Of a stretch of 64,000 bases of DNA, positions 61,114 through 64,000 are shown in pieces. Position 1 is the stretch's first letter. The number at the start of each line of letters is the position of its first letter. The translations under genes and the position numbers were made by a program. Origin of the DNA: Promethearchaeota archaeon (GTDB taxonomy: Archaea > Asgardarchaeota > Lokiarchaeia > Sigyniarchaeales > SOKP01). The notes beneath the pieces were generated by a model, which saw only the letters and a program-made list of their open reading frames with translations, had not been told where the DNA came from and ran no database searches. Location: positions 129,948-193,947 of the forward strand of contig JAEOTZ010000058.1 in NCBI GenBank assembly GCA_016839585.1, written 5' to 3'.

Positions 61114-61266
61114 GAAATTCTGAACTGGAATTTATATCACCATCTTATAAGTAATTTTATTTTCTTCCTCGTGTTTTATAAAATTTAAAACTTTATTAAT
61201 TGTTTAAGGTTTTTGATTATAAATTATGATAATTAAATCATGTTTTCATATAAGAAGAAAATTAAA

Positions 61267-62193
61267 TCAGCTATTTGACCATAATATATTTTTCAGATTA
61301 GAATATATTTCTTTAATTGCTAAACTCGCATCAGAATTCGGTTTATGATTCACAACAGGTTTAGCAAACGAAATGGATTCTGGAATGGATAAATCAAAAT
61401 TTATTCGACCCAACAAATGATATCCTGTTTTTTTAATAAATTTCTTAAACTGCTTCTGAAAGTTACTTTTAAGATCTGCCTTATTTATTATGATTCCAAA
61501 TTTTATGTTGAATTGCTTAATTACTTCAATGACTCGTATTAGATCATGTAAGCCTGAAGGTGTAGGTTCTGTAATAGTAATAACATAATCTAATCCTGAG
61601 ATGGTAGAAATAACGGGACAGCCAATCCCAGGAGGACCATCTATTAAAATCATATTAGATTCATTAACTTCCTCTAATTGTTGAGCATATTGTTTAACAT
61701 CTGAAACTAATTTCCCTGAAGTTGTACTCCCTAATCTTGTTTTACCGTAAATCAATGGTATTCCTAAATTTGATTCATAAGAAATAATTTCTCCACTTTT
61801 AACTGATTCTATATCAAAAGCATGTTCAGGGCATAATACCTTACAAGCATTACATCCTTCACATGCTAGATAATCTAATATGGGAATTTGATTATTTTCA
61901 TCCCATTTTAAAGCATTAAATTCACAAAAATGATTATCAATACACTGTTTACAATGAACACATTTATCTTCAATAAAAATGCCTTTTAGGCTAGTAAAAG
62001 TTTCTTTTTTATTGATCTTATCCTTTGAATTAAATGGGAGGATTATTGATAAATTTGGTGCATCAACATCACAGTCAATAATAATGGGTTTTATTTCTGA
62101 ATCCTCACTTGCTAAACTAGCTAAAGATGCAGCTAAAGAGGTTTTCCCAACTCCTCCTTTTCCTGAAAGTACACCAATTACTTTTCTTTCCAA
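61267..62193 (-). CDS. MinD/ParA-like P-loop ATPase with 4Fe-4S insert
   Basis: SGKGGVGKT, DCDVDAPN, CEGCNAC and DGPPGIGC motifs. Confidence 0.88.
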   Translation of the reverse strand: MERKVIGVLSGKGGVGKTSLAASLASLASEDSEIKPIIIDCDVDAPNLSIILPFNSKDKINKKETFTSLKGIFIEDKCVHCKQCIDNHFCEFNALKWDENNQIPILDYLACEGCNACKVLCPEHAFDIESVKSGEIISYESNLGIPLIYGKTRLGSTTSGKLVSDVKQYAQQLEEVNESNMILIDGPPGIGCPVISTISGLDYVITITEPTPSGLHDLIRVIEVIKQFNIKFGIIINKADLKSNFQKQFKKFIKKTGYHLLGRINFDLSIPESISFAKPVVNHKPNSDASLAIKEIYSNLKNILWSNS

Positions 62194-62198
62194 TTATT

Positions 62199-63131
62199 CT
62201 AACCAGTTATTTCTATTTGTTTAGATATTAACCAATTATCTAATTCTTTAAAAATTATCTTGAATGCTTTATATCCCTTACTATGCTTAAATTTATTGCT
62301 TTGGTCCATTAATGGTAAACCCTGACAATAAGATGAGACAATATCCTCATCAAAAGGTATATCCCCAAGAATATGAATATTATTTTCTTTCAAGTTTTTT
62401 AAAAATTCATCCCTAAAGCCTAGTAAAGAAGATCTATTTACAATTGTTCGATAATCCTTTTTTATTAAATCAATCAATTCAATTATTCTTGTTAAATCTA
62501 TTTTTCCAAATTTTGTTGGCTCAGTTACAGGAATTACAATATCTGCTTTACTTATTAATAATTCTACATCACAATGAGCACCTGGGGCGGTATCTAAAAT
62601 AATAATATCAAATTTTTCAGGTTCATTTCTTATAATCTCGTCAAGATCTTCCATTAAAGCTTCTACTATTGTTGCTGATCGTGCTTCTGATGGTTTTAAT
62701 TCTCCTATCAAAAGTGAAATATTTTTAATTTTAGTTTTATAAATCCAACCCATTACCTTCGAATCGGCTTCAATTGCTTCTTCTGGACAAATTTTATAAC
62801 ATAATTTACAACCAGTACAAACTGTAAGCATAGGTATTGGAAAAGAATTCTCTATATGTAATAAAGCATGTGCAACACAATTTTGTGCGCATAAACCACA
62901 CTTAGTACATTTTTCTTCAACTATTTTTGGAATAAAATAAGGAACTTCTTTTTTATTTTCTAATTGGGCACCCATTAATAAATAAGTATTTGGATTTTCA
63001 ACATCTCCATCAATGAGTAAAACATCGTTACCATTATTTTTGAACATTATTGCTAAGTTAACAGCAACAAAAGTTTTACCAGTACCCCCTTTACCTCCAG
63101 TAACACATATTATTATGGCTTTTTTAGGCAT
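62199..63131 (-). CDS. MinD/ParA-like P-loop ATPase with 4Fe-4S insert (partner)
   Basis: GGKGGTGKT, DVENPN, CTKCGLC and DTAPG motifs. Confidence 0.88.
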   Translation of the reverse strand: MPKKAIIICVTGGKGGTGKTFVAVNLAIMFKNNGNDVLLIDGDVENPNTYLLMGAQLENKKEVPYFIPKIVEEKCTKCGLCAQNCVAHALLHIENSFPIPMLTVCTGCKLCYKICPEEAIEADSKVMGWIYKTKIKNISLLIGELKPSEARSATIVEALMEDLDEIIRNEPEKFDIIILDTAPGAHCDVELLISKADIVIPVTEPTKFGKIDLTRIIELIDLIKKDYRTIVNRSSLLGFRDEFLKNLKENNIHILGDIPFDEDIVSSYCQGLPLMDQSNKFKHSKGYKAFKIIFKELDNWLISKQIEITG

Positions 63132-63172
63132 AATTTGAATTCTAGTTTTATATTATGAAAAAATTATATATA

Positions 63173-63628
63173 TTAAAATTGATCTCTACGACCCATACCT
63201 CTACCAGCACCTCTACCCATACCTCGACCACCACCCATACCAGGACCCATTCCATAATGAGCACCTACATTAGCGCTATTCATTTCCAATAATTTACCTT
63301 GAAGATATAATTCTATACATTGTTTAACTGTCATTTGTTGATTAGGCGCTTGATATATTTTTATATTTAAAGCATTTAATGATTGTGCTGCATTTGGTCC
63401 TAGGAAGCCTGCTATTAATTCTTTAGCTCCATTATTACCGACAATTTGTGCTGCCTGTATCCCGGCACCTCCCATAGCACCTGAAGCAGAGTTAGAAACA
63501 GTTCTAACTTCTTTAATATTCCCTTTCTCAATTGTAATGAATGTAAATGAGTCACAGCGGCCAAATCTAGGATTTAATAATTCATTTAAACCACCATTTC
63601 CAAATGTTGGAACTGCTAAGATTACCAT
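63173..63628 (-). CDS. NifB/NifX-family protein with Gly/Arg-rich tail
   Basis: RFGRC, GAGIQAAQ and GPNA motifs; GMGRG tail. Confidence 0.88.
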   Translation of the reverse strand: MVILAVPTFGNGGLNELLNPRFGRCDSFTFITIEKGNIKEVRTVSNSASGAMGGAGIQAAQIVGNNGAKELIAGFLGPNAAQSLNALNIKIYQAPNQQMTVKQCIELYLQGKLLEMNSANVGAHYGMGPGMGGGRGMGRGAGRGMGRRDQF

Positions 63629-63872
63629 TTTTTTAATATCAACCTCATTTCTAAATTCTTAATAATTTATTATTATTTTATTTTAATTTACAATAAACTT
63701 TAAATTTTTTTGAATATTTATTCAATAAAAATAAAAATTTAAAGAATAAAAAATTATCGATTATTAAATTTAAATTGTAATTGATAAAAATTAGAAAAGA
63801 TTAAATTATTAAATTTAAATTTTTTACCAAATTAAATTAATATATTAATCTTAAAGGAGAAAAATATAAAAA

Positions 63873-64000
63873 ATGAGAATTGCAATAAGTACTGATGGAG
63901 ATGAAGTGTGTCCTCATTTTGGTCGTGCTCCTCAATTTACTATAATTACAATTGAGAATAATGAATTATTAGAAAAAAAAGTAGTATCTAATCCTGGACA
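63873..64000 (+). CDS. NifB/NifX-family protein (partial, runs off the window)
   Basis: MRIAISTDGDEVCPHFGRAPQF...NPG. Confidence 0.8.
   Translation, partial: MRIAISTDGDEVCPHFGRAPQFTIITIENNELLEKKVVSNPG

Noticed and set aside
254-62224. Short antisense or overlapping ORFs in the track (e.g. 254-493, 7639-7899, 35026-35409, 49228-49599, 57416-57751)
   Set aside because: Shadow frames of well-supported genes with no motifs of their own
1-64000. Genome-wide TGA reassignment (Trp/Gly code)
   Set aside because: TGA ends intact genes (7759, 25113, 31849, 54720, 57220, 61267) and Trp is encoded by TGG
63173-64000. Nitrogen fixation genes
   Set aside because: Stand-alone NifX-like and NifU-like domains are common without nifHDK, which are not in this window

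Overview
AT-rich archaeal DNA. The gene content (Rag-like and MglA-like small GTPases, longin/DENN-like and arrestin-fold proteins, a Loki-CTERM-like sorting tail, many HdrA/FrhB paralogs, frequent TTG starts) points to an Asgard archaeon, most likely Lokiarchaeia; this is inferred, not searched. The centre of the window (18.7-31.8 kb) is a flavin-based electron-bifurcation cluster. Its first two genes are selenoprotein genes that the ORF track breaks up or misses: a 646-aa HdrA with three in-frame TGA codons and a 147-aa MvhD/VhuD with two, every TGA at a conserved Cys position. A single eukaryote-type SECIS-like hairpin follows them, and Cys-encoded paralogs sit further downstream. A second hidden signal is a ~100-aa C-terminal beta-sandwich-like module shared by three unrelated proteins: an arrestin-fold protein, an FrhB-like redox protein encoded next to a Rag-like GTPase and a HEAT protein, and a longin/DENN-like protein. 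Also present: a divergent fwd-like operon with active-site substitutions, tyrosine phenol-lyase, a thiolase paired with a pseudo-HMGS-DUF35 fusion, a MoxR/vWA pair interleaved with two nuclease-like ORFs, an MNT-HEPN pair, an apparently ATT-initiated Zn-dehydrogenase, small unannotated ORFs and a nonsense-interrupted gene. No rRNA, tRNA, CRISPR array or transposase was recognised.
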